Source: a virus
Lineage: Duplodnaviria; Heunggongvirae; Uroviricota; Caudoviricetes
Virus record (IMG/VR): IMGVR_UViG_2657245091_000008
Direction: 5' to 3' (one strand)
Length of the DNA: 64,000 bases
In this document: positions 28,782 through 38,592 of the stretch, piece after piece
Layout: the number at the start of each line of letters is the position of its first letter
How positions within the stretch are numbered: position 1 is the first letter of the stretch
The notes under the pieces: generated by a model
The model's database searches: none
What the model saw: only the letters and a program-made list of their open reading frames with translations
What the model was told of the DNA's origin: nothing
Translations under genes and position numbers: made by a program

Positions 28782-29888
28782 TCACTCAATGATTTTTTCT
28801 GCTGTCAGCCAGCTAATTTCTTGCCTGTCTTTCGGCGGTTTTAGCATGTGGGCGTATTCAGCAACATTCTCCCACGGAATTGTTTTTGCCCACTCAACGA
28901 TAGCATTGTGATCTGCAGTGAAGAGTGGAATGGTGTGCGATTTCAACCACTCCAATGTTGTAACGCCATGTTTTTTGGCGTGGTGCTGTGCATGATGCCG
29001 GGCTATCACTCGTAATGGCATTATCCATTCACTACCATCAGGCATCGAAAAGCGCATTGTCTTCGGCATATCTGATTCAAGAACAGCCTCCCTAATACCA
29101 GGAAACTCACCAAGAACCATACGACGGTAGTAATCGCTGTTTTTACCACCATATATTTCTGCAATGTTATCAAGATAACCTTGAGAAATAATGGGGGTAT
29201 CTTCTGCGTTCAGCTTGATGGCTGTATAAATACCACATGGATTTTCTTCTGATTTAGCACGACCATGATGGGAATCGTAAAAGTGTCCATGCTCCTCCTC
29301 TGAAGGAGCGGACATTAAAAGTATACGTGAATCGTCACTTACTAACGATGCTCTTAACATGCTGAATAGCCGATCGCCAGCAAGAGCCGCCTCCGTAACA
29401 ATGATTAAAAGATGTTCAGCATAATATCCACCGAAACCTTCCTCATAATTTCGGTGATATGGCTTAATTTCGCAGCCCCAATATTCCCGGTAACGATGAT
29501 TGATGCCGTTTCCATCGACTTTAAAATATTCTCCCAGCAATGGGATTCTGTTACTGACTCTATCCCAATACGTACTTATGTATTGGATAACTTGCCTGCG
29601 ACAATTATAGAACTTTGGGGAAACAATAACCGTTTTAGACTCAGGCATCAGGATTGTATAAAGAATACTAATTATAGCGATAACCGTCTTTTGGCCTATC
29701 CCTTCAGGAGTGGTGACGCTGACTGCTGAACCTTTTTGTTGAATCGCCTCAACAATTAGCTTTTGCTGGTGGGTTAACTTAACACCCATCAACTCTTCTG
29801 CTGCTAATGCCCAGTCATGGCTATATTTGCTTACCAGCTCTCTCCACTCTGGTAATTCGGTGATGTTTTTAGGCGTCAGCATCAGCAT
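28782..29888 (-). CDS. terminase-large-subunit (PacB)-like ATPase paralogue
   Basis: Region GFGGYYAEHLLIIVTEAALAGDR...LLMSAPSEEEHGHFYDSHHGRAKSEENPCGIYTAIKLNAEDTP aligns by eye with the PacB core at 35223-36731; Walker-B-like DEAS is replaced by TEAA. Confidence 0.5.
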   Translation of the reverse strand: MLMLTPKNITELPEWRELVSKYSHDWALAAEELMGVKLTHQQKLIVEAIQQKGSAVSVTTPEGIGQKTVIAIISILYTILMPESKTVIVSPKFYNCRRQVIQYISTYWDRVSNRIPLLGEYFKVDGNGINHRYREYWGCEIKPYHRNYEEGFGGYYAEHLLIIVTEAALAGDRLFSMLRASLVSDDSRILLMSAPSEEEHGHFYDSHHGRAKSEENPCGIYTAIKLNAEDTPIISQGYLDNIAEIYGGKNSDYYRRMVLGEFPGIREAVLESDMPKTMRFSMPDGSEWIMPLRVIARHHAQHHAKKHGVTTLEWLKSHTIPLFTADHNAIVEWAKTIPWENVAEYAHMLKPPKDRQEISWLTAEKIIE

Positions 29889-30675
29889 CCTCCGCTACCT
29901 CTGCCTCCACATCTGCCGCGACTTCATCGGACTGTTCTTCTTTGGCCTGTTCTGCAATCGCCGCACGGCATTTGGCCCTTGCTGTGGCGATTGCTTCAGC
30001 ACGCACATCATCAGGAATCGTTGACGTGATATACATATCCAGTTCTTCGGCGCGGAACACTGTTTGGTCCAGATATTCGCGTAGCATCCAGGTAAATTCG
30101 AAATCACACGCGATAATCTCTGCGCTACCTTCTGCACCATTTGGGAAATGAATAAATGCCTGTTTAGCCAAACCGATAACACGACATGCGGTTGCCAAAA
30201 CAGCGACAACCAGATTTACATTTTCACACGCTACGGGCTGATTAACGCCGGAGATTACTCCATTTAACTGTCGGTTATATGGAAGGTAGTTTGAGATGCG
30301 TTCTACGCGCCATGTGCCAGTCAGGCTGCCATTTTTAAAGATAATTGGTGTAACGGATAGCCCAAGCTCGCGTATAAGTCGTTGCGCTATAGCAGGATCA
30401 TTAAACAGGTCTAATGCTACACATTCGAAAGACTGCGCAAGGGCAAACAGTTCTTCCAGAGAGTAGTCTTTGCCCCTGGCGGTGATGTAACGACGAACGC
30501 CGCTGTCTGCATCACTCCATATAGCTACGCCATGCTCTTCATTCAGTTCTTCATTAAAGCCGAGATACGTCATGATAGTGCGTTCAATCGTGTCAAACGG
30601 CAGTGACATGTCGGCGTTAACAGCCACCAGCAGGCCATTACGCAAGCGGTATTGAATTGTTTTGGTGCTTTCCAT
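29869..30675 (-). CDS. hypothetical protein with acidic C-terminal tail
   Basis: 268-aa ORF in the dre operon. Confidence 0.45.
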   Translation of the reverse strand: MESTKTIQYRLRNGLLVAVNADMSLPFDTIERTIMTYLGFNEELNEEHGVAIWSDADSGVRRYITARGKDYSLEELFALAQSFECVALDLFNDPAIAQRLIRELGLSVTPIIFKNGSLTGTWRVERISNYLPYNRQLNGVISGVNQPVACENVNLVVAVLATACRVIGLAKQAFIHFPNGAEGSAEIIACDFEFTWMLREYLDQTVFRAEELDMYITSTIPDDVRAEAIATARAKCRAAIAEQAKEEQSDEVAADVEAEVAEDADADA

Positions 30676-30681
30676 GTCAAA

Positions 30682-31338
30682 TTACTCCACTACAAACCAG
30701 TCACATGCCAGTAAATCAGCAACAGACGGCAACCAAACGTTGTCTATATTTTGCGCATCCTTCAATACAAAATGGTCGCCATAAGGAACCTGAATGTCGT
30801 GGAAATTGACGCACCCAGCTAGAACTAACCAGCAGCATTGCTTTTCGCCTTTCCACCCGCGTCGAGATACCTTTCTTCCTTCTTTCAACCACGTCAGCGC
30901 GACAGAAAAGTCGGCTGCTTCAAGGTCGATTTCTTCTTGTTGGGTAGTGATACCACCAGCAGAAATAGTTACGTCCCTGGCTGTAATGAATGTCACCCCA
31001 TTGTGACCTTCAATCCTGAGCGATACCCCATTTTCGAAGATGTCGTTAGTTCGACTAAAGCCATCTTTAAATTTCTTTTCTGATAAACAGGACAGATGAC
31101 CTTCTTCATCAACGACAAGATAGCCGCCAACTTGTGGTAGGTGTTTTTGCAAAAACATTGCATCAACATAGATTCTTACTCCTTTGGGTTCTGTGACCTC
31201 GATTTCACCACAATTAGGCATCACAGGAGTAATACCACCGATGTATTTGATATTCTTGATTTTCGATGCACTAACGTTTTTGTGAGCTTTGTATTTGGGA
31301 AGGAACTTAAAAAGCTCTTTCGTTGCCATGTTATTCAT
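30682..31338 (-). CDS. protein with C-terminal DUF2829 (Tad2-like) domain
   Basis: C-terminal FSVALTWLKEGRKVSRRGWKGEK matches the DUF2829 pattern A..LK.G.KV.R.GW.G. Confidence 0.45.
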   Translation of the reverse strand: MNNMATKELFKFLPKYKAHKNVSASKIKNIKYIGGITPVMPNCGEIEVTEPKGVRIYVDAMFLQKHLPQVGGYLVVDEEGHLSCLSEKKFKDGFSRTNDIFENGVSLRIEGHNGVTFITARDVTISAGGITTQQEEIDLEAADFSVALTWLKEGRKVSRRGWKGEKQCCWLVLAGCVNFHDIQVPYGDHFVLKDAQNIDNVWLPSVADLLACDWFVVE

Positions 31339-31352
31339 AGTCTTTTCTCTGC

Positions 31353-31847
31353 TTATAACTTTTCGTACTGAAGCGGTGAACGCTTAATTTCAAAGTGGCC
31401 TTCCGATGTGCTACCAAAGCCACCAGCACCACGTTCCGTTTCGTTGAGTTCCTCAACCTCGACTAGTGAGACTTGTTCAACACGCTCAAAAATGCCTTGC
31501 ATGACAGCCATTCCAGGCTTGAGACAAACGCCTTCCCCGCCGGGATCAGTAATCAGTTTTGCCATGATTTCACCGCGATAATCGGAGTCGATAATTCCTA
31601 CGCAGTTAGCCAGGCGAGTATGTTTTTTGCAGCCCAATCCGGATCGCGGATAGAGTTTCAGACACCAGCCGGGCGGGATCTCCATAGCCAGTCCGGTATA
31701 CACCCACCAGCTTGAGGAAATTGCACCATTGCTATCGACGCATGGTTTTATTTCAACAGCCTCAAAATCCATCGCCGCCGATCCGGAGGTGGCATAAGCT
31801 GGAAGTTTTGCTGCCGGATGTAGGCGTTTCACTTTTACGTAAATCAT
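31353..31847 (-). CDS. dut: dUTPase
   Basis: dUTPase motifs GIIDSDYRGE (motif III) and RGAGGFGSTSEG (motif V). Confidence 0.7.
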   Translation of the reverse strand: MIYVKVKRLHPAAKLPAYATSGSAAMDFEAVEIKPCVDSNGAISSSWWVYTGLAMEIPPGWCLKLYPRSGLGCKKHTRLANCVGIIDSDYRGEIMAKLITDPGGEGVCLKPGMAVMQGIFERVEQVSLVEVEELNETERGAGGFGSTSEGHFEIKRSPLQYEKL

Positions 31848-32320
31848 TGTTTTTTAGCTCTCTGCGTGAAGGTGTAAACCCGACGTTTGATATGTGGAAC
31901 GGTAGGAACAGGAAGACAGGAACTTTCAATAACTCCTTGCTCCTCCAGCGATCGCACCGCCCGCAAGAACTGCGACGTGTCGCCGCCAAACTGGCGGGCA
32001 TAGGTGCTGCCGTTATGAAGTATTTGAGCTATTACCCGAGCTTTTGTCTGGCTGACACGATATGCGAATAGCCGCACGGCCTCTTCTGGCGCAATCGCTA
32101 ACTGATAGCCTTTCCCGGCACGGTGTCGAATGAATCCATGCGCCAGTAGGTTTTTGAGTTCGTTACGAGTGCGAACAGATCCGTAATCCAGGAAGTGTGG
32201 ATTGATAACGACTGGCTTAAACCATTCCGTAGGTGCTTTAGCTAATAGAGCTAACAGCTTCCCGGATAATTCTGGATAGGAAGACGGGTAACAATTCAGA
32301 GATGGGTAATAAGTTTTCAC
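31844..32320 (-). CDS. hypothetical protein
   Basis: 158-aa ORF, coupled. Confidence 0.45.
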   Translation of the reverse strand: MKTYYPSLNCYPSSYPELSGKLLALLAKAPTEWFKPVVINPHFLDYGSVRTRNELKNLLAHGFIRHRAGKGYQLAIAPEEAVRLFAYRVSQTKARVIAQILHNGSTYARQFGGDTSQFLRAVRSLEEQGVIESSCLPVPTVPHIKRRVYTFTQRAKKQ

Positions 32321-32661
32321 CGACGCCCCCTTGCAGGATATCGACCTGCATTAGTATCCGGTGCAATAAAGCCGGTAGTGGGGCGAGTGAAAGCGAGATT
32401 AATCTTCTCGACCATAGTGCGATAATTTTCCTGATAGTGGGCCAGGAGTTTTTCGGCGGCAATGATGGTTACTTTCCGGACGTAGCTTTCTGCTTCCTCC
32501 AGATTTCGCCAGTTTTTTTCGAGGGTAAACACAGGGACGGCCTCAAGCCCGGTCATGATGCCGAACACAACGACAGCATGACTGTTCTTAACACCAGCGG
32601 CGAAGGTTACGGTGTAACCATCCACCTTGAAGCGTCTTGATTCCGTGATTTGACTCTGCAA
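32317..32661 (-). CDS. hypothetical protein
   Basis: 114-aa ORF; operator-like site directly upstream. Confidence 0.45.
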   Translation of the reverse strand: MQSQITESRRFKVDGYTVTFAAGVKNSHAVVVFGIMTGLEAVPVFTLEKNWRNLEEAESYVRKVTIIAAEKLLAHYQENYRTMVEKINLAFTRPTTGFIAPDTNAGRYPARGRR

Positions 32662-32706
32662 AGCACCCTCCTAAATAGGCGAGGGTACTTTACAGCAAAG
32701 GCGTTA

Positions 32707-32726
32707 ATCTAAAAAGATGTGTTAGA
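32707..32726. promoter_or_regulatory. operator-like site
   Basis: GTGTTAGAAATTTAAT between the recombinase stop and the next gene start. Confidence 0.45.
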
Positions 32727-32734
32727 AATTTAAT

Positions 32735-33763
32735 TTACGAATCCATCAGGCGGCTATTAGCCCCCACAGACACGCCGCCACGGCGAAGATACCGCATAAG
32801 TGTTTCCGGTTTCTTCCAGGTTCCTTCCTGCATGATCTCCACCATAGACACCTGCTTTTCAGCCATATCAATAGCGGCCCCGACGCGTGCACTATGCCCG
32901 GTCCACGTCCGGTATCTTCCTTTGTTTGGCGTAGCATCTCTTTTATTCAGCAACACCCAGGCGTCGCTGAATATTTTCTCCATTGCAGGTGCAGTAAGGG
33001 GTGTTGTCGTGATCCTGGCCTTATTGCTACGGTGTATCGGCGGGAACAGCACTGCGTCAGGATGTTCGCGAAGCCCGGAAACATCCAGCCAGTCATTCAG
33101 CACAGCGGTAGTGCGACGGGAAAGCACCTTATCAAGCCCGGCGGCGGTCGTTATTGTCTTCGTGTGTGAAATATGTAGCGTGACAGTGTCACCTGTTTGA
33201 TCCAGATCTCCTACACGAATACGCGAGATTTCCGACATACGCATCAGCGTATTGTATGCAACAAAGAGAAAAGCCCGGTTGCGCAGGTCCACCAGCCGTT
33301 CTGACCTGGACAACAGGACGTCGAGCAGTTTCAGATCGTCCCACCGAAGCGGTATAGCCTGGCCTGTTCGTTCGCCTTTTTCAGTTGCCGCTTCGCGCCG
33401 GATGCGCCGCATAGCCAGAGAAACACTTTTATCATCCGAAAGTGGCGGAAGACCACAATGCGAAAGCAGCATGTTCAGCATGGCGTAGTGCTTATCAATG
33501 GTGGTCGAAGCCAGATCGGCATCATGCAGCTGAAGAAAATACTCGCGGGCCATTTCTGGTGAGATCGGAAACCAGGCAAGCTGGCGAGCGTGACACCAGC
33601 GCGCCCAGGAATGAAACACCAACCGGAGGTCGCGCAGAGTATTCGGCGCATAAGCCCCCTGGTCATTCATGAACCGCATAAAGTTTTCTGCGGCTTCCTG
33701 GTACTCTTTGCCAATGTTGCGCAGAAAACCACCGGAACTGCCAGAGATAATTAATTCACTCAT
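32735..33763 (-). CDS. dre: Cre-family tyrosine recombinase (Dre-like)
   Basis: 342 aa; blocks aligning with Cre by eye (AFLFVAYNTLMRMSEISRIRVGDL; TWTGHSARVGAAIDMA with catalytic-region His/Arg, C-terminal Tyr region); a rox-type site about 150 bp upstream. Confidence 0.8.
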   Translation of the reverse strand: MSELIISGSSGGFLRNIGKEYQEAAENFMRFMNDQGAYAPNTLRDLRLVFHSWARWCHARQLAWFPISPEMAREYFLQLHDADLASTTIDKHYAMLNMLLSHCGLPPLSDDKSVSLAMRRIRREAATEKGERTGQAIPLRWDDLKLLDVLLSRSERLVDLRNRAFLFVAYNTLMRMSEISRIRVGDLDQTGDTVTLHISHTKTITTAAGLDKVLSRRTTAVLNDWLDVSGLREHPDAVLFPPIHRSNKARITTTPLTAPAMEKIFSDAWVLLNKRDATPNKGRYRTWTGHSARVGAAIDMAEKQVSMVEIMQEGTWKKPETLMRYLRRGGVSVGANSRLMDS

Positions 33764-33915
33764 GAAACTATTTGACCTCTATATACAGATGACGCTACGC
33801 GAAAAATATAAAAATGACAGGGTAGCTATAAGTTAATTTTCAAAATACAAGCCTTTGATTCGAGGCACGTATTTTCAGTGATGTCAACACTGTTCATCTA
33901 CACATGATTATAGCC

Positions 33916-33947
33916 TAACTTTAAATAATGCCAATTATTTAAAGTTA
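33916..33947. other. rox-like recombination target site (14-bp inverted repeats, 4-bp spacer)
   Basis: TAACTTTAAATAAT-GCCA-ATTATTTAAAGTTA, a perfect inverted repeat; arms begin TAACTT like loxP arms; matches the published rox site as I recall it. Confidence 0.75.
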
Positions 33948-34044
33948 CAGAATGGCGATTTTTTTTAATCCATCATAGATTGATTTTGACCAGTAACACG
34001 TTGCCTTCATGGTCTTTAATTTGCGAAGTGTGGTTTATACAGTT

Positions 34045-34145
34045 GGTTTTCTAAAATTGATGACAAAAAATCACAGTTCGATCCTTTACTCACTCTGTTA
34101 TTCGACATAAATTTGTCATAGTAATTTTATGTTAGAAAACTAAAT
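34045..34145. promoter_or_regulatory. two operator-like sites in the promoter of the candidate repressor gene
   Basis: GGTTTTCTAAAATTGA (34045-34060) and ATGTTAGAAAACTAAAT (34129-34145), the second only 12 bp before the start codon. Confidence 0.5.
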
Positions 34146-34157
34146 CGAGTAGGAATA

Positions 34158-35195
34158 ATGAGTAAGAAGTCGATCGAGAAAGAGTACAAACGGTTCCTGC
34201 AAACCGCTGAACGGTGGAAAGAGCTGGTGGTCGCAAACTCTGTTTTCCATGATACCAGTTATGCTGGCGAGGAATTCCGCCATGTTGCATTAACGCATGA
34301 CCAAAACATATTAGAAGAAGCTGAAAAATGTCTTGCTGAATGGAAAGCCTTCGTTGACATGTGCCGCGATGCCGACGGCAAAGCGTCGAACATTGTTGAG
34401 TCTGTATATTCTCCGATCCCATTCATCATTGAGGACACCAATCAAAGCACGCATGTTGTTGTGCAAAGCGCTACAACAACACGTACATTTACACGTGAAC
34501 AATTGCTCAAAAAATACGACAAAATCATAAAGAAAAGCCTGAAAAATAGGGTTTTTTCTCAAATTGTAGGTGCTCTTGAAGAAGAACAGCGCTTCTTTGA
34601 AGCTGAGCCTGAAGGCGAGATCTACCGGGCGCGTAAAGAGGCATATACAGATGTTGTGCTGACAACAAACATCGAAGGCAGCAATGCCCTTTCTCGCTTT
34701 AGAGTTGGCGCACATGGCGCATTGGTTTTCGCAAGACTACCGAAGACAACGATCCCCGTTGTCAATAATGTTGGTGAACGCCGGAGCATTACAATTTATT
34801 CAGGCGTCGAATCGGTACCTTGCAGCCTTCTCGGCGATTTTAACTTATATCGTGTTCGTGACCTGGAAAAACACCAGCCAAGCTACGTTGCGAAGTCGTA
34901 CATCTTAAGGAACATCGATATTCGCAATGAAAGCCTTAAGCAGAAATCCGCTAAGATGCTGGAGGATGCCGATCCGGCTATTCGCCATATCATTGAGCGT
35001 AAGATACGTACATCACGTGAAGCAATGGCAAGGCTGGATAAAATGGATCTGGAATTGTTAGACGTAATGATGGCCTCTGGAGACGACCTGACCGGCATTA
35101 AACTGAATGAAGCTCGTAAAAAATACGGCAAAGCAATCGAAGAACGTTACGGATACACATTCCCCCAAACGCAGTACGCCGCGAAGCTCTGGTAA
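34158..35195 (+). CDS. candidate master (C1-analogous) repressor
   Basis: 345-aa ORF at the c1 position (convergent with pacB, beside the rox site) with two operator-like motifs just upstream; no similarity to P1 C1 that I can recognise by eye. Confidence 0.35.
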   Translation: MSKKSIEKEYKRFLQTAERWKELVVANSVFHDTSYAGEEFRHVALTHDQNILEEAEKCLAEWKAFVDMCRDADGKASNIVESVYSPIPFIIEDTNQSTHVVVQSATTTRTFTREQLLKKYDKIIKKSLKNRVFSQIVGALEEEQRFFEAEPEGEIYRARKEAYTDVVLTTNIEGSNALSRFRVGAHGALVFARLPKTTIPVVNNVGERRSITIYSGVESVPCSLLGDFNLYRVRDLEKHQPSYVAKSYILRNIDIRNESLKQKSAKMLEDADPAIRHIIERKIRTSREAMARLDKMDLELLDVMMASGDDLTGIKLNEARKKYGKAIEERYGYTFPQTQYAAKLW

Positions 35196-35203
35196 TCACA
35201 ACC

Positions 35204-35224
35204 GGCCCCGCATCGCGGGGCTTT
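35204..35224. terminator. bidirectional terminator hairpin between convergent genes
   Basis: CCCCGC-atc-GCGGGG hairpin flanked by T-rich sequence. Confidence 0.5.
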
Positions 35225-36731
35225 ATATATCCAGATCTGGCATTTCGATATCCGCCAGAACCTGATCTCGGAAAGTTGCCATTTCGGCACCAATATCTTC
35301 ATTAGCAGGCACATAGTCCACCAGCATAGTGAAGCAGTAGGTATCCCATCGGTCAGGCGATTTGATGTTTAGCTTTTGCCGCATGTGCTCTTTGCGCATC
35401 ATCGCCATTTTCCCTTCCTCATTCAGTAAAAAGGGGATTTTTGACGCTTGCTCTGCCGTTTTAGGGTCACTGTCTATCCGCATACGCCCTGACTTTATGG
35501 CATCACGCGCCATAATATTTGCGTAGGCACGCTGATTAACAAATCGCTCCCTGTCTTTGTTCGCAAACATGGGTTTTCCCCACCGAATACGTACCGGGTT
35601 CGCACCACGACGCACCAACTGCGCACACGTATCAGAACCAAAACCATCGGCATCAACCGCGATTGTTATATTCGGGTATTTTTCCGGCGTACATTCGTTA
35701 TATATAAAGTCAGCAAAGGCCAATGGGTCCATAGTGCCAGGCATCTCCATTACCTTAAAGTTAACAACGCGCCGCTTATCCCTGTGACCAGATACCTTGC
35801 AGATGTTGAGGACCGACTTATCTCGCCCATTACCAACGTCAGCCGTTGCCACCCATCCCCAGTTTTTCTCCAACAACACCTTGCGGCGAGCAGCGCGATC
35901 GCATTCATCACGACCAAGCAAATAGCCGTTAATTTCTCGTGGGAACTGACCAAGCACCTTGACCATATACTCAATAGAATCGCGCCCACCATATTCCAGA
36001 AGCTTCTGCTTGATGAATTGTGGTGTGACGAACGGTGATTCTTCCGAGTTAAGAACAATTGCTGTCCAGATCCCTTTCGGGTTGTCTGGGGTTTTTGCTT
36101 GAGAATGGTGCGAATCGTAGAAATAACCACTTGGCCTTGTTGGCTGGGATAGCATCAACATCCGGTTATCTTCTTCAGTAAGAGCACCGGTCATTACGCC
36201 GATCGCCTTATCAGATATACCAGATGCTTCATCCAGAATTAGAAGCAAATGTGCCGCGTGTTCCCCCGCCAGCGCTTCTTCGTTGCCGAGTCGATAACCT
36301 TTGCAGAGAACTTCCCAAATCCCCTTACGGGAGCGCTCATAAAACATGGTGTCAGAGAGGACAAAATAGGTCTGCAACCACCCATGACGCTTAACTGCAT
36401 TCGCCCAATACTGTTTAACGTATTTGAATACGCCTGTTTTTACCTGGCCTATCTTGTTAGCAACAATGATGACACGGGCATCGGGGAACAGGATCATAAA
36501 AATCAACAGCAACATCGCGGTAAGGGACGACTTCCCCGTTCCGTGTCCGGACGTGACGGTCGTCCTACTCCCCGTTTCCTGCACTGACTGAATGATCTGC
36601 TGCTGCTGGTGGGAGGGGAACATCCCAAAAATATCGACAACAGCCTGGGTAAAGTTGTAGCGGTATTTGATTACCATATCGCGCCAGCGTGGATCGCTGG
36701 TGACGCATTTAATCTTGCGCCCGCCAGCCAT
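35223..36731 (-). CDS. pacB: terminase large subunit PacB
   Basis: 502 aa; Walker A TSGHGTGKSS, Walker B LLLILDEASG, C-terminal nuclease-like region; directly after pacA. Confidence 0.8.
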   Translation of the reverse strand: MAGGRKIKCVTSDPRWRDMVIKYRYNFTQAVVDIFGMFPSHQQQQIIQSVQETGSRTTVTSGHGTGKSSLTAMLLLIFMILFPDARVIIVANKIGQVKTGVFKYVKQYWANAVKRHGWLQTYFVLSDTMFYERSRKGIWEVLCKGYRLGNEEALAGEHAAHLLLILDEASGISDKAIGVMTGALTEEDNRMLMLSQPTRPSGYFYDSHHSQAKTPDNPKGIWTAIVLNSEESPFVTPQFIKQKLLEYGGRDSIEYMVKVLGQFPREINGYLLGRDECDRAARRKVLLEKNWGWVATADVGNGRDKSVLNICKVSGHRDKRRVVNFKVMEMPGTMDPLAFADFIYNECTPEKYPNITIAVDADGFGSDTCAQLVRRGANPVRIRWGKPMFANKDRERFVNQRAYANIMARDAIKSGRMRIDSDPKTAEQASKIPFLLNEEGKMAMMRKEHMRQKLNIKSPDRWDTYCFTMLVDYVPANEDIGAEMATFRDQVLADIEMPDLDI

Positions 36732-38095
36732 TAATCATCCTCCGGCGGTTCTATCGCGATATCATCATCTCCGGCGTCATACCCTGCATCAGATGCATCA
36801 TAATCACCGTAAATTTCAGCCGTTGCCGAAGGGTCAATATCCAGCTCTTCGTCGTTGGCCTCGAATTCTCCAGCTTTACGCTCGCCATTGCGGTCGTAAT
36901 CTCCGCACCCCAATTCTTCAACAATGGTTGCCACATCCGCCCGGCGCTCTGCCAGCCATTGCGGATGGTTAGCCTGAAGCGTTGCAAACTCCCTTGCCTC
37001 TTTGTCCAGCTGTTCATCATCAACATCATTGACGTCAGAAACAGGTGGTTCGAGAAGAGTGATAGCTTTCGCCGCGCGCGCCGCGAGGATAGCCGGGACG
37101 CTGACCCCCTGGCGCTCGATGTATTCAGCAACACCGATATCATCCAGTTCCTCGCGCTCACGCATACGTATAGCGGCGGCGATAACTCTGGCAGCGCGTG
37201 CGTCAGCGCCAATGCGATATTCAATCTCTTTGCCACGCTGTTCGGCCTGTAGGCGTGCTAATTCGAGTTTTTCTCTGGCCTCAGCCTCTTTGAATGCTTG
37301 CTGGCGAGCGCTCTGACGAAGCTTTTCATCCCCCTGTCGCAGCTTTTGTTCGGACTGATATATAGCTGCCAACCTACTGATAAAATCATTCATGTAGTAG
37401 GCCGCGTCACTGATTAGACCGAGAAGGCGCTGCCCAGGGTGCATTCCTTCTGGCTCTTTATCGCCCAAGGCGTCTATTTCCGCCTGTAGACGTTCGGCCT
37501 CCTGATCAACAATGCTTTGATACTGAAGTGCGCGCTCTTGCGCCATTTGAATTGCTAACCGCAGGTGTTCTTCTGCGCCGTTCTTCATCATATCGCGAGC
37601 CACATTCGTAGTGGGCAATGTGGCACGCTGCACAGCACCGCCAGGGATCATTGCTGAAGATCCCTCAATTTTTGGGGCGCTTTTATCTTCTTCGGGGATC
37701 ATTTTCGCCATTTTTTCGCGCAATGATCTCCTGACAGATTCTTTTATCTCATTGTTATTATTGGTATTACTTTCATGATCCGAAGTTTTCTTTCTTGGCA
37801 TACTTCGGAAAGAACCTGCACCCTGCGAATTGTCAATTTCTGTAAATTTTGTTTTTTCTGCACCCTCTTCCAGCTTTTTTGTTGCTCTTCCCGCCCGTTT
37901 TTTTTCAGGTGATTTGGTGCTTTTTTTTGTTGTCTTTACCTGCGACCGCACCTCATTTTTTTTCATATTGAGATGCTTTCTGGCTGTATTGAAGCTAAGA
38001 CCATGCTCCTCACAGTATTCCTTTACAGTGATCCCTTTTTCTTCACGCAACGCTATAAAGCGGGCGCGGTGCTCCTCCCAATTAACCAGACTCAT
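36731..38095 (-). CDS. pacA: terminase small subunit PacA
   Basis: 454 aa; N-terminal HTH-like region (MSLVNWEEHRARFIALREEKGITVKEYCEEHGLS), acidic C-terminus; 1-bp overlap with pacB. Confidence 0.7.
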   Translation of the reverse strand: MSLVNWEEHRARFIALREEKGITVKEYCEEHGLSFNTARKHLNMKKNEVRSQVKTTKKSTKSPEKKRAGRATKKLEEGAEKTKFTEIDNSQGAGSFRSMPRKKTSDHESNTNNNNEIKESVRRSLREKMAKMIPEEDKSAPKIEGSSAMIPGGAVQRATLPTTNVARDMMKNGAEEHLRLAIQMAQERALQYQSIVDQEAERLQAEIDALGDKEPEGMHPGQRLLGLISDAAYYMNDFISRLAAIYQSEQKLRQGDEKLRQSARQQAFKEAEAREKLELARLQAEQRGKEIEYRIGADARAARVIAAAIRMREREELDDIGVAEYIERQGVSVPAILAARAAKAITLLEPPVSDVNDVDDEQLDKEAREFATLQANHPQWLAERRADVATIVEELGCGDYDRNGERKAGEFEANDEELDIDPSATAEIYGDYDASDAGYDAGDDDIAIEPPEDD

Positions 38096-38484
38096 AAAGC
38101 AACACCACGCTTTTTAACGGCGGCATTCCACAGCTTATTCGCCATGTCCACCAGCTCTCGTTGCTCTTTTCGCGCCTGTTCGACTGATTTCCTGCTACAG
38201 TTTTTAACCAGTAAGCTACCGTATTCAGGCGTGCGCCCGCGCACCTTGAACTGATATCCGTTCAGACCATGTAGCCAGTATTTTCGTGGATACACACGAT
38301 CATCCAGCTCACAGATTGCCCTGCTTGAACGAACAAAATGACGAATGATGTTAGTTACACTTACTCGTGAAACATGGAGATGAGGGTATTTTTCTTTGGC
38401 GAGAGTGGTAATTTCAGTGACTGTCAGATAGCAGTCAGCCCTGATCATGATATCCGCAATTTCTGCGCTGCTGATTTGTTCCAT
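38092..38484 (-). CDS. lpa: late promoter activator Lpa
   Basis: 130-aa ORF immediately upstream of pacA with an operator-like site in its promoter, as for P1 lpa. Confidence 0.55.
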   Translation of the reverse strand: MEQISSAEIADIMIRADCYLTVTEITTLAKEKYPHLHVSRVSVTNIIRHFVRSSRAICELDDRVYPRKYWLHGLNGYQFKVRGRTPEYGSLLVKNCSRKSVEQARKEQRELVDMANKLWNAAVKKRGVAL

Positions 38485-38560
38485 TAATCCCCCGGGCAGG
38501 AAATGACCGAGGGGATGATAATGAGAATGTTAAAACTGTATAGACTGGTAAAAAGATGAT

Positions 38561-38577
38561 TGTATTAGAAAATTAAT
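38561..38577. promoter_or_regulatory. operator-like site upstream of lpa
   Basis: TGTATTAGAAAATTAAT about 80 bp upstream of the lpa start. Confidence 0.45.
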
Positions 38578-38592
38578 ATTAAACACCTAATG

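Noticed and set aside
33916-33947. loxP site
   Set aside because: The arms start like loxP (TAACTT) but the site has 14-bp arms and a 4-bp spacer, not loxP's 13-8-13 layout; called rox-like instead.
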